NCBI GenBank assembly: GCA_030429865.1
Contig: JAUIFX010000002.1
Location: 1-62,903, forward strand
Length of the DNA: 62,903 bases
Direction: 5' to 3'
Origin: Gammaproteobacteria bacterium
Lineage (GTDB): Bacteria > Pseudomonadota > Gammaproteobacteria > Ga0077536
Shown: positions 1 through 8,251 of the stretch, one piece after another
Layout of the letters: each line of letters starts with the position of its first letter
Position numbering within the stretch: position 1 is the stretch's first letter
Translations under genes and position numbers: made by a program
Notes under the pieces: generated by a model
What the model saw: only the letters and a program-made list of their open reading frames with translations
Told to the model about the DNA's origin: nothing
Database searches by the model: none

Positions 1-108
1 CGCAAGCTGCTGCACCCGATGGACGAGATCGCCGCCATCGAGTTCCTGCTCGAGCGTCTCAAGGCGACGAAGAACAACGCCGAGTTCTTCGACGCGATGA
101 AGCGCTGA
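1..108 (+). CDS. 3' end of an unidentified CDS truncated by the window edge (ends ...[11 protein letters not shown])
   Basis: Frame +1 is open from base 1 to TGA at 106-108, with GC3-rich codon usage like the neighbours. Too short to assign a family. Confidence 0.3.
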   Translation, partial: RKLLHPMDEIAAIEFLLERLKATKNNAEFFDAMKR

Positions 109-132
109 GCGCGCCCGTTTCCGGCGCCGGCT

Positions 133-477
133 TCAGCCCGGCGGCCAGGTGAAGGAGCGCCCACCGAGCACGTGCACGTGCAGGTGGAACACGGTCTGGC
201 CAACCGCCGCGCCATTGTTCACCACCAGGCGAAAACGATCGCCGTAACCTTCCGCCGTCGCGATTTCACCCGCTTTCAGCAACAGCGTGCCGAGCAACGC
301 GGCATCCTCGGGCTGCGCGCTCGACACCATCGTGATCGGTTTCTTCGGGCAGACCAGGATGTGCATCGGTGCCTGCGGGTTGATGTCGCGAATGGCGATG
401 ACGCCGTCGTCCTCGTAGACGATGTCCGCGGGGATTTCGCGATCGACGATCTTCTCGAACAGGGTTTTCTCGCTCAT
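133..477 (-). CDS. HIT (histidine triad) family nucleotide hydrolase
   Basis: 114 aa. Histidine triad HLHVHVLGG near the C-terminus. N-terminus TLFEKIVDREIPADIVYEDD is typical of HinT-like proteins. Confidence 0.9.
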   Translation of the reverse strand: MSEKTLFEKIVDREIPADIVYEDDGVIAIRDINPQAPMHILVCPKKPITMVSSAQPEDAALLGTLLLKAGEIATAEGYGDRFRLVVNNGAAVGQTVFHLHVHVLGGRSFTWPPG

Positions 478-513
478 GGTTCGGGATACTCCTTACGCTG
501 ACGTCGCCAGGTG

Positions 514-1104
514 TCAGCTCGCGCCTTCGTCCACGGGGGTGCGGCGTTCGAGCAGCACCGCCTCGCCGTTCTCGCGAATGATGTCGCCGAAGTGCAGGCG
601 GAAACGGCCCTGGCGGCGATCCTCGAAAAAGAATTTCAGCGTGTGCGTGATGGTCGGGAAAGCGAGTTCGGACCAGGGGATCTCATGCTCGTGATACAAC
701 CGGCACTCGAGGCTTTCGCTGCCGGGCGCGAACTCGAGCACGGGTAACTTGGCCAGGAACATCATGTAGACCTGGTTGATCTGCGGCAGGTTGAACACCG
801 CGTAGAGTTCGCCCACGTCGACCCGCGCGCAGGCTTCCTCCAGCGTCTCGCGCGCGGCCGCCTCGGCGGTCGTCTCCGCGTTCTCCATGAAACCGGCCGG
901 CAGCGTCCAGTAACCGAAGCGCGGCTCGATGGCGCGCTTGCACAGCAGGACCTGGTCACCCCACACCGGGATACTGCCGGCGACGATGTTGGGATTCTGG
1001 TAGAAGATCTCGCCGCAGCTGTCGCAGACGTGGCGCGGCCGCGTATCGCCCTCGGGCGTCCGCCAGACCATGTGCTCGGAGCCGCAACGGCTGCAGAATT
1101 TCAA
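514..1104 (-). CDS. NUDIX hydrolase with N-terminal zinc ribbon
   Basis: Nudix box GFMENAETTAEAAARETLEEA (G-x5-E-x7-REx2EE). CSRCG...CDSCG zinc ribbon. TTG start at 1104 keeps the zinc ribbon and overlaps the tesA stop (1101-1103). The ATG at 1071 would remove the first CxxC. Confidence 0.8.
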   Translation of the reverse strand: MKFCSRCGSEHMVWRTPEGDTRPRHVCDSCGEIFYQNPNIVAGSIPVWGDQVLLCKRAIEPRFGYWTLPAGFMENAETTAEAAARETLEEACARVDVGELYAVFNLPQINQVYMMFLAKLPVLEFAPGSESLECRLYHEHEIPWSELAFPTITHTLKFFFEDRRQGRFRLHFGDIIRENGEAVLLERRTPVDEGAS

Positions 1105-1760
1105 GGTGAGGGACTCTCCTGTGCCGCGTCGAGCGCGGCACGTATCGACGGCCACAGCGTCTCCAGGATGTCGACCTGCGCCGCCGCCGTGGGATGCAGG
1201 CCGTCGTCCTGGAACGCCTGCCAGTCGGTGGCGAAGCGCTCGAGCATGAACGGCGCGAGGACCACGTCCGCGGCTTGCGCGACATCGTCGTAGACGCTTT
1301 CGAACGCGGCAGTGTACCGGGGACCGTAGTTCGGCGGAATGCGCATGCGTACCAGCACCACGCGCGCGCCGGCGGCAGATGCGGCAGCGACCATGGCGCC
1401 GAGCTTGCGGCGCGTCTCGGCGACGTCCATGCCGCGCAGCCCGTCGTTGCTGCCGAGCGCGACCACCACGACCGCGGGCTCGTGTTCGCGCAGCAGCCCG
1501 GGCAGCCGCCGCGCACCGCCGGAGGACGTCTCGCCGCTGATACTGGCGTTGACCACGGATTGCCGATAGCCTTCTGCGGACAGCTTCGCCGCGAGCAGAC
1601 GCGGCCAGGCCGCCGCGCTGTCGATGCCGTAACCGGCGCTGAGGCTGTCTCCCACGATCAGGACCGGACCGGATGCCGCCGCGATGGCGACGGATGCCTT
1701 CCCTGCCAGAAAGAACATGAGTGCAAAGCCGACGATCGAACCCCGCCAGAACGCCATCAT
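1101..1760 (-). CDS. tesA: SGNH/GDSL arylesterase-thioesterase-lysophospholipase (TesA-like), exported
   Basis: GDSLSAGYG, ALGSNDG and DGLHP blocks. Signal-like N-terminus MMAFWRGSIVGFALMFFLAG. Divergent from ybbA-ybbP as in E. coli. Confidence 0.85.
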   Translation of the reverse strand: MMAFWRGSIVGFALMFFLAGKASVAIAAASGPVLIVGDSLSAGYGIDSAAAWPRLLAAKLSAEGYRQSVVNASISGETSSGGARRLPGLLREHEPAVVVVALGSNDGLRGMDVAETRRKLGAMVAAASAAGARVVLVRMRIPPNYGPRYTAAFESVYDDVAQAADVVLAPFMLERFATDWQAFQDDGLHPTAAAQVDILETLWPSIRAALDAAQESPSP

Positions 1761-2415
1761 CGAAGTCGAACGTGTGAGCAAGTCGGTCACCGGCCCCCAG
1801 GGCGAGTTGCGAATCCTCGATGATATCAACTTTGCCCTCGCGCCTCGTGATCGTCTCGCCGTCACCGGTGTGTCCGGCTCGGGCAAATCGACGCTGCTGG
1901 GCCTGCTGGCCGGACTCGACACCGTCACCAGCGGGCGCATCAGCGTGCTCGGCCAGGATCTCGCGCAGCTCGATGAAGACGCACGAGCACGCCTGCGGCG
2001 CCAGCACGTCGGTTTCGTCTTCCAGGCCTTTCACCTGGTCGCGAGCTTCACGGCGCTCGAGAACGTGATGCTGCCGCTCGAACTCAAGGGCAGCGGCGAC
2101 GCCGCGGCGGTCGCCCGTGACATGCTGGAACGCGTCGGTCTCGGCGCACGCCTGGGCCATTTCCCGCGTCAGCTCTCCGGCGGCGAGCAGCAACGCGTCG
2201 CGCTGGCGCGCGCCTTCTGCACCTCGCCCGCGATCCTCTACGCCGACGAGCCCACCGGCAATCTCGACGCGGCCAATGCCGAAGCCGTTGCCGAACTGCT
2301 GTTCGACCTCAACGAGGCTTTCGGCACCACGCTGGTCATCGTCACGCACGACGAGCGCCTGGCCGCGGCCTGCCCGCGCCGCATCGCGCTGGCCGGAGGA
2401 CGTCTCGTTGCCTGA
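1717..2415 (+). CDS. ybbA: ABC transporter ATP-binding protein (YbbA-like)
   Basis: Walker A GVSGSGKST, signature LSGGEQQRV, Walker B ILYADEPT. ATG at 1717 keeps the first beta-strand IIEVERVSK. An alternative ATG lies at 1684. Confidence 0.85.
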   Translation: MSAKPTIEPRQNAIIEVERVSKSVTGPQGELRILDDINFALAPRDRLAVTGVSGSGKSTLLGLLAGLDTVTSGRISVLGQDLAQLDEDARARLRRQHVGFVFQAFHLVASFTALENVMLPLELKGSGDAAAVARDMLERVGLGARLGHFPRQLSGGEQQRVALARAFCTSPAILYADEPTGNLDAANAEAVAELLFDLNEAFGTTLVIVTHDERLAAACPRRIALAGGRLVA

Positions 2416-4909
2416 GCGCGCAGCGCGAACCCGCCTGCTGCTGCTCGCCACGCGCCTGCTGCGGCGCGATCTCGCGAGCGGGCGCCTGGTCGTCATGCTG
2501 CTCGCGGCGATCGTGGCGGTCGCGAGCACGACCTCGATCAACCTGCTCGTCACGCGCGTCGAGCGCGCCATGCTGGCGGAGTCGAGCGCCCTGCTCGCGG
2601 GCGATCTCGCGATCGGCACGCGCGACCCCACGCCGCCGCGCTACGCCGAGCGCGCGCGCGCTGCCGGTCTCGACACCGCGCGTACGGTCACCATGCGCAG
2701 CGTCGTCGCCGCCGGCGAAGCCCTCCAGCTCGTGCGCCTCAAGGCGGTCGACGACGCCTACCCCCTGCGCGGCGAGCTCCAGCTCGCGCCCCGCGTCCTC
2801 GGCCCGGTAAGTTTCGAACGCAGCGGCCCGCCGCCGGGCGAAGCCTGGGCCGACGCACGCCTGTTCCAGCTGCTCGATCTCGCGCCCGGCGATCGCATCA
2901 CCGTCGGTGAGCGCAGCTTCCCGCTGACCCGCGTGGTGGTGCTCGAGCCCGACCGCGGCGGCGACGTGTTCACGCTCGCGCCGCGGGTGATGATCAACCT
3001 CGCCGATCTCGATTCGACCGGCCTCGTGCTGCCAGGCACGCGCGCCAGCTACCAGTTGCTATTGAGCGGCCCGCCCGCGGCGCTCGAAGCGTTTCGCCGG
3101 GCGCTCGATGTGCCGCCCGGGGTGAGCGTCACCGATCCGAGCGAAGCACGTCCCGAGATGCGCGCCGCCTTCATGCAGGCCGGACGCTTCCTCACCCTCG
3201 CCGCCTTTGCCGGCGTGCTGCTCGCGACCATCGGCATCGCCCTCGCCGCCAGTGCCTATGCCGAACATCATGAAAAGACCGTCGCGATCGTACGCACCCT
3301 CGGCCTGACCGGCCGCGAGACACGGCTGCTGCTCGGCGCCGAGATCGCGCTGCTTGCGGTGCTTGCCGCGGCGCTCGGCAGCGGGCTCGCGTGGCTGGTG
3401 CACAGCGTGTTGCTCGAACACCTGCTGCCGGCGAGCGCCGCGCCGCTGACCGCCCCGCCGGGATCGGCGCTCTTGCACGGCGCGTGGGTCGCGTTGGTCG
3501 TGCTGGCGGGTTTCGCCCTGCCGGCACTGATGCGGCTCACCCGTCTGCCGGTCGTTGTCGTGCTCAACCGCGATCGCGCGGCGCTGCCCGCGCAGGGCCT
3601 GCGCGCCGCGCTCGCCATGATCCTTGCCACCGCGCTCATCGCACCGTGGCACGTCGACGACGCGCGACTGGTCGCCCTCGCCTTCGCCGGCATGATGTGC
3701 GCGGCGCTGGTGCTGGCCGCGGCTGCGCTCGTGCTGGTGCGTGCACTCGGCCGGCTGCGTACGCGAACCCGCATGACGTGGCGTTTCGGCCTCGCCAGCG
3801 TCGCACGCCGCGCACGCCTGAGCGTGGTGCAGACCACCGCCATCGGGCTCGGCATCGCCGTGATCCTGCTGCTGGCACTGGTCCGTGGCGACCTTCTCGG
3901 CCAATGGCAGGCGCGTCTGCCGGCCGATGCGCCGAACCAGTTCCTGATCAACATACAAGGTGACGAAGTCGACGCGATGCACGCGTTCCTGCGCGACGAA
4001 GCCGGCGTCGAGGCCGCGTTCTACCCGATGGTCCGCGGGCGCTTGCGCGCCATCGGCGCGGCGCCGGTCGATCCGGATGCCTACGCCGACCCGCGCTCGC
4101 GCCGGCTCGCCGACCGCGAATTCAACCTGTCGTGGGCGACGCACATGAAGGCCGACAACCGCCTCGTGGCCGGAAGCTGGTGGGCGGCCGACGCGGTGGG
4201 CGAGATGTCCGTCGAACGCGGCATCGCCGAGCGCCTCGGTATCGGTCTCGGAGACATCCTCGAATTCAGCGTTGCCGACGACCGCGTGCGCGGCCGCGTG
4301 ACGAGCCTGCGCGAGGTCGAATGGGACAACTTCGAGGTCAACTTCTTCGTCGTCACGACCCCCGAGCTGCTCGCCGGGACGCCGGCGACCTGGATCACGA
4401 GTTTTCACCTGCGGCGCAACGATGCCGGCCTGATGGCGCGCCTGGTCGAGCGCTTCCCGAGCGTCACGGTAATCGACGTCGATGCCCTGATGCGCCAGGT
4501 GCGCCAGGTCATGGGGCGCGTCGCCGCGGCGCTCACCTGGGTGTTCGGTTTCGCCCTCGCCGCCGGCGCACTGGTCCTGCTCGCGGCGGTCCAGGCGAGT
4601 CAGAACGAGCGCGTGCTCGACGTCGTGCTGCTCAAGACACTCGGCGCCTCGCGCCGCTTCGTCACGCTGGCAACGCTGACCGAGTTCACGCTGATCGGCC
4701 TCATCGCAGGCCTACTCGGCAGCGGCGGTGCGGTCGCCACCGGTTGGCTGCTCGCCGAGCGCGTATTCGACATGCCCTACCTGCCGGACTGGCGCATCCC
4801 GCTGACCGGCGTCGTCAGCGGCGTGCTCGCGGTCGGCGTGCTCGGCGTCGCGGTGGCGCGGCGCACGCACCGCCAATCGGTCGTCGCCAGTCTGCGCGCG
4901 AGCACCTGA
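2408..4909 (+). CDS. ybbP: ABC transporter permease, FtsX-like, duplicated (YbbP-like)
   Basis: About 830 aa with many hydrophobic helices. LKAVDDAYPLRGEL resembles E. coli YbbP. TTG at 2408 is the only plausible in-frame start and overlaps the ybbA stop (2413-2415). Confidence 0.8.
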   Translation: MPERAARTRLLLLATRLLRRDLASGRLVVMLLAAIVAVASTTSINLLVTRVERAMLAESSALLAGDLAIGTRDPTPPRYAERARAAGLDTARTVTMRSVVAAGEALQLVRLKAVDDAYPLRGELQLAPRVLGPVSFERSGPPPGEAWADARLFQLLDLAPGDRITVGERSFPLTRVVVLEPDRGGDVFTLAPRVMINLADLDSTGLVLPGTRASYQLLLSGPPAALEAFRRALDVPPGVSVTDPSEARPEMRAAFMQAGRFLTLAAFAGVLLATIGIALAASAYAEHHEKTVAIVRTLGLTGRETRLLLGAEIALLAVLAAALGSGLAWLVHSVLLEHLLPASAAPLTAPPGSALLHGAWVALVVLAGFALPALMRLTRLPVVVVLNRDRAALPAQGLRAALAMILATALIAPWHVDDARLVALAFAGMMCAALVLAAAALVLVRALGRLRTRTRMTWRFGLASVARRARLSVVQTTAIGLGIAVILLLALVRGDLLGQWQARLPADAPNQFLINIQGDEVDAMHAFLRDEAGVEAAFYPMVRGRLRAIGAAPVDPDAYADPRSRRLADREFNLSWATHMKADNRLVAGSWWAADAVGEMSVERGIAERLGIGLGDILEFSVADDRVRGRVTSLREVEWDNFEVNFFVVTTPELLAGTPATWITSFHLRRNDAGLMARLVERFPSVTVIDVDALMRQVRQVMGRVAAALTWVFGFALAAGALVLLAAVQASQNERVLDVVLLKTLGASRRFVTLATLTEFTLIGLIAGLLGSGGAVATGWLLAERVFDMPYLPDWRIPLTGVVSGVLAVGVLGVAVARRTHRQSVVASLRAST

Positions 4910-4938
4910 GCGGGATCCGGGCACCTCGCTGCGCTGCA

Positions 4939-4958
4939 GCCTGCCGCGATCGGCAGGC
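4939..4958. terminator. GC-rich stem-loop between convergent ybbP and the cupin gene
   Basis: gcctgccg-cgat-cggcaggc gives a perfect 8-bp stem. No U-tract on either side, so it is only a candidate terminator. Confidence 0.25.
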
Positions 4959-4996
4959 CGGACTCCCGGGACAGCGGCACGCGCGCGCCGGCGCCC

Positions 4997-5356
4997 TTAC
5001 AAGCGCTCGTCGTCGGCTTCCGTCCACGGCGGGCTCACTACGGCGATGAATCGCAGGGCTTCGTCGCCGCGGTTCTCGATCCACTGCACCGCGCCGCCCG
5101 GGATGACCACGGCATCACCGACCGTCAGCATCCGGGTCGCGTCATCGACGTGCATCAAGCCACGGCCGGCGATGACATAGTAGACTTCGGTCTGCGCGAG
5201 GCGATGACGGTAACTGTGTTCGCCGATCGCTACCTCGGCGAGCGCGAACGAGTAGGGCAGATCCAGCGCATCGTTCTTTGGATGCAGGATCTCCCACACG
5301 CGACAACCGTCGTTGGCAATCAACGAGACACAATCGGACAGGGACTTGGTGAACAT
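4997..5356 (-). CDS. cupin domain protein
   Basis: 119 aa from MFTKSL. Cupin-like motifs GEHSYRHRLAQTEVYYVIAGRG ... GDAVVIPGGAVQWIEN. Confidence 0.7.
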   Translation of the reverse strand: MFTKSLSDCVSLIANDGCRVWEILHPKNDALDLPYSFALAEVAIGEHSYRHRLAQTEVYYVIAGRGLMHVDDATRMLTVGDAVVIPGGAVQWIENRGDEALRFIAVVSPPWTEADDERL

Positions 5357-5425
5357 GCCGGCCGCGCTTTCCTCTCGCTTCGAACAGCTACGCAGCATAC
5401 CGCGCGCGAGCGCCGGGGACGCGCC

Positions 5426-6529
5426 GTGACACGATTCACCGGCCGTGCCGATTTCACCCACGGGCGCGCCACGCGCATCGGCGTCCTGCTGTGCAACCTC
5501 GGCACGCCCGAGGCGCCGACGCCCCGCGCGGTGCGGCGCTATCTCGCCGAGTTTCTCGCCGACCCGCGCGTCGTCGAGCTGCCACGCTGGCTGTGGCTGC
5601 CGATCCTGCACGGCGTCATACTGAACACCCGGCCGCGGCGTTCGGCCCACGCCTACGCCGCGATCTGGGGCGCTGACGGGTCACCGCTGCTGCGCGGCTC
5701 GGAGCGGCTGCGCGACCGCTTGGGCGATCGCCTGCGCGCGCGCCACGGCGAAGTCGTGGAAGTGGCACTGGGCATGCGCTACGGCGAACCCTCGATCGCG
5801 AGCGCGATCGACGACCTCCTCGCGCGCGAGGTGCGCCAGCTGCTGGTCGTGCCGCTCTACCCCCAATACGCCTCGGCCACGACCGCCTCGGTCATGGACG
5901 CCGTGTTCGCCCACCTCGGCACGCTGCGCTGGATGCCCGAGCTGCGCTACGTCGCGAGCTACCACGACGATGCGCGTTACATCGGTGCGCTGGCCGACAG
6001 CCTGCGCGCGCACCATGCCGCCGCGCCCCGCGGCGAACGGCTGCTGCTGTCGTTTCATGGCATCCCCCACGACACCTTCCTCGCCGGCGATCCCTACTTC
6101 TGCCAGTGCCAGGCCAGCGCGCGCCTGCTCGGCACCGAGCTCGGTCTCAACGAGGAGCAGGTGCACGTCACCTTCCAGTCACGCGTGGGGCCCAAGCGCT
6201 GGCTCGAACCCTACACGGACAAGACCCTCGAAGCATGGGGCAGCGCCGGTGTCGGCGACATCGACGTCATGTGCCCCGGATTCGCCATCGATTGCCTCGA
6301 GACGCTCGAGGAAATCGCGATGCAGAACGCCGCGACGTTCAGCGCCGCCGGCGGCGGCACGCTGCGTTACGTGCCGGCACTGAACGACAGCGCCGCGCAC
6401 GTCGAGGCACTCGGCGGCATCATCGAAGATCACCTCGGCAACTGGCTCGCCGGCCCCCGGGGCGACGCCGACACCGCGCCGGCGCGCCAGGCCGCGGCTG
6501 CCCGCGCCCGCGCCATGGGCGGCAACTGA
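5426..6529 (+). CDS. hemH: ferrochelatase
   Basis: GVLLCNLGTPEAPTPRAVRRYLAEFLADPRVVE, LYPQYASATT and SFHGIP match HemH. GTG at 5426 is the only in-frame start just upstream of the conserved N-terminus. Confidence 0.9.
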   Translation: MTRFTGRADFTHGRATRIGVLLCNLGTPEAPTPRAVRRYLAEFLADPRVVELPRWLWLPILHGVILNTRPRRSAHAYAAIWGADGSPLLRGSERLRDRLGDRLRARHGEVVEVALGMRYGEPSIASAIDDLLAREVRQLLVVPLYPQYASATTASVMDAVFAHLGTLRWMPELRYVASYHDDARYIGALADSLRAHHAAAPRGERLLLSFHGIPHDTFLAGDPYFCQCQASARLLGTELGLNEEQVHVTFQSRVGPKRWLEPYTDKTLEAWGSAGVGDIDVMCPGFAIDCLETLEEIAMQNAATFSAAGGGTLRYVPALNDSAAHVEALGGIIEDHLGNWLAGPRGDADTAPARQAAAARARAMGGN

Positions 6530-6589
6530 GCCGCTGCGACGACGCCGCCGCGCGCCGCCGGGCAAGCCCGCCCAGCTGGCGGCGCTTCG

Positions 6590-7003
6590 CTAACCGGCTA
6601 CCGTCACGGCGACGTGCCGCTCGTGCGCGCGCGTACGATGCTCCCACAGGTACACGCCCTGCCAGGTGCCGAGCGCGAGACGGCCGTTGCGTACCGGCAG
6701 CGTGAGTTCCGTCTGGGTCAGCACGCTGCGCACGTGCGCCGGCATGTCGTCGGGTCCCTCGGCGGTGTGCCGGAACAACGGGTCGCCATCGGCGACGAGG
6801 CGCGCCATGAAGCGCTCGAGATCGCGCAGCACCTCGCCGTCGGCGTTCTCGCACACCATGAGCGAAGCACTCGTATGGCGGATGAAGACCGAGCACAGGC
6901 CGTTATAGACCCCGCTGGCCCGGACCACCTCGTCGAGTTCGGCGCTCAGCTCGTAGCAACCGCGGCCACGCGTCGCGCAGCGGATATCAGCGCAGTGCAT
7001 CAT
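6590..7003 (-). CDS. YjbQ/UPF0047 family protein (secondary thiamine-phosphate synthase-like)
   Basis: 137 aa. FIRHTSASLMVCENADGEVLRDLE ... MPAHVRSVLT ... GTWQGVYLWEH are typical of the YjbQ family. Confidence 0.85.
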   Translation of the reverse strand: MMHCADIRCATRGRGCYELSAELDEVVRASGVYNGLCSVFIRHTSASLMVCENADGEVLRDLERFMARLVADGDPLFRHTAEGPDDMPAHVRSVLTQTELTLPVRNGRLALGTWQGVYLWEHRTRAHERHVAVTVAG

Positions 7004-7013
7004 GCCCGCGCGC

Positions 7014-7592
7014 TCAGGGGACGTGGACCACGAAGCGTTCGAGCGGACGCCGCATCTGGTTCGTCACCGTGGCCGGCCAGCCGTACCAGAACAGGCCCAC
7101 GACCTGCTCGGCGCCGGCATCGAAGCCGACGATGTCGGCGAAGCGTGCGTCGCGCACCACGCCTCCCGTGGTCCACTTCGTACCGACCCCCTCGGCCCAC
7201 AACGCCAGCATGAAATTCTGCGCCGCGCAACAACAGGCCGCGTAGTCTTCGCGCTCGCGCAGGGGATCCTCACCGCGCGCCGAAGTCAGCACCAGCCAAC
7301 CGGGCATGGCGCGCCAGCGCCGCAGCTTGACCTCCGCCGCGCGCTCACCGCTCTTCGCCGCGACCATTTCCGCGTTCAGTTCCGCCACCGCGTCGCGCGC
7401 CTGCGCGCCGAGCAGGTAGAAGCGCCACGGCTCGGTGCGATGATGATTGGGCGCCCAGCAGGCGAGTTCGAGCGCGCGTTCGACGAGATCCGGCGGCACC
7501 GGCCCGGGCAGGAAGTCATGCACGGTGCGGCGCTCGCGCAGCACCCGGGCGATGGCAGCGTTCGCCGCCGCGTCGAAAGCCGTCTCAGTCAT
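7014..7592 (-). CDS. nitroreductase family protein
   Basis: RRTVHDFLPGPVP ... ACWAPNHHRTEPWRF are nitroreductase N-terminal motifs. The ATG overlaps the stop of the upstream CULT gene (ATGA at 7589-7592). Confidence 0.85.
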   Translation of the reverse strand: MTETAFDAAANAAIARVLRERRTVHDFLPGPVPPDLVERALELACWAPNHHRTEPWRFYLLGAQARDAVAELNAEMVAAKSGERAAEVKLRRWRAMPGWLVLTSARGEDPLREREDYAACCCAAQNFMLALWAEGVGTKWTTGGVVRDARFADIVGFDAGAEQVVGLFWYGWPATVTNQMRRPLERFVVHVP

Positions 7593-7990
7593 GGTTCGTC
7601 ATCCTCGACCAGGCATTGCTCGATGAGCGCGAAGAACGCGGCCGCGGGCGGCGCACTGAAGCGCCAGCCGCAATGCACGGCACACGCGCCGCACTGCGCG
7701 AGCTGCCAACGTGCCGGCGGAAACCAGCTGTGCTCGGCGTGCGCTGCACCGACGACGTCACAACCGGGAGCGGCGGCGAACGTCGCGAAGCGGAAAGAGA
7801 AACCGGCCGGGTTGGTCGCATGATGCTGCATGCGCCCGGCGACCTCGATCGCCTGCGAGGTGAACGTCAGCAGGTGACCGCAGGCCGCGCAGCGCAGCCG
7901 CACGCGGCCGGTCTCGTCGCCGGTTTCGCTGCCCTGCGCGGCAGCGGCGTCAAACCATTCGTGCCGTTGGTTGTCGAAAGCATCGAGCAT
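7589..7990 (-). CDS. bacterial cereblon-like CULT domain protein
   Basis: Two CxxC pairs (CAACGH, CGAC). HSWFPPARWQLAQCGACAVHCGWRF has the same Trp spacing as [25 protein letters not shown] of Magnetospirillum MsCI4, recalled from memory. NPAGFSFRF resembles NPAGMIFRV. Confidence 0.7.
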   Translation of the reverse strand: MLDAFDNQRHEWFDAAAAQGSETGDETGRVRLRCAACGHLLTFTSQAIEVAGRMQHHATNPAGFSFRFATFAAAPGCDVVGAAHAEHSWFPPARWQLAQCGACAVHCGWRFSAPPAAAFFALIEQCLVEDDEP

Positions 7991-8251
7991 GTCGTGACGA
8001 GCCGGACTGGAAGGGACGCGCGCATCGTAACGAGGTCACGCGGACCCTTGATGTCACGCCGTGCGCACCAGTATAAGGGACCCTGCGCAGCAATGATGCG
8101 AACCTGCCCGGCGGCAAGGCCCGCGGCGCGCCCGCATGCGCTGCAGGCACCGAACCTCGGCATCGCGGCGCGGCGCGTCCCAGCGGCGCGCGGTGATGCT
8201 GCCAGGGCTTCGGCCCATCCCCGAGCGACCTGTTTCCGCCGCCACGCAACC

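Noticed and set aside
514-2631. 705-aa minus-strand ORF in the track
   Set aside because: Only its last 196 codons (514-1104) look like a real protein (Nudix). The remainder is Arg/Ala-rich read-through lying antisense to, or out of frame with, tesA and ybbA.
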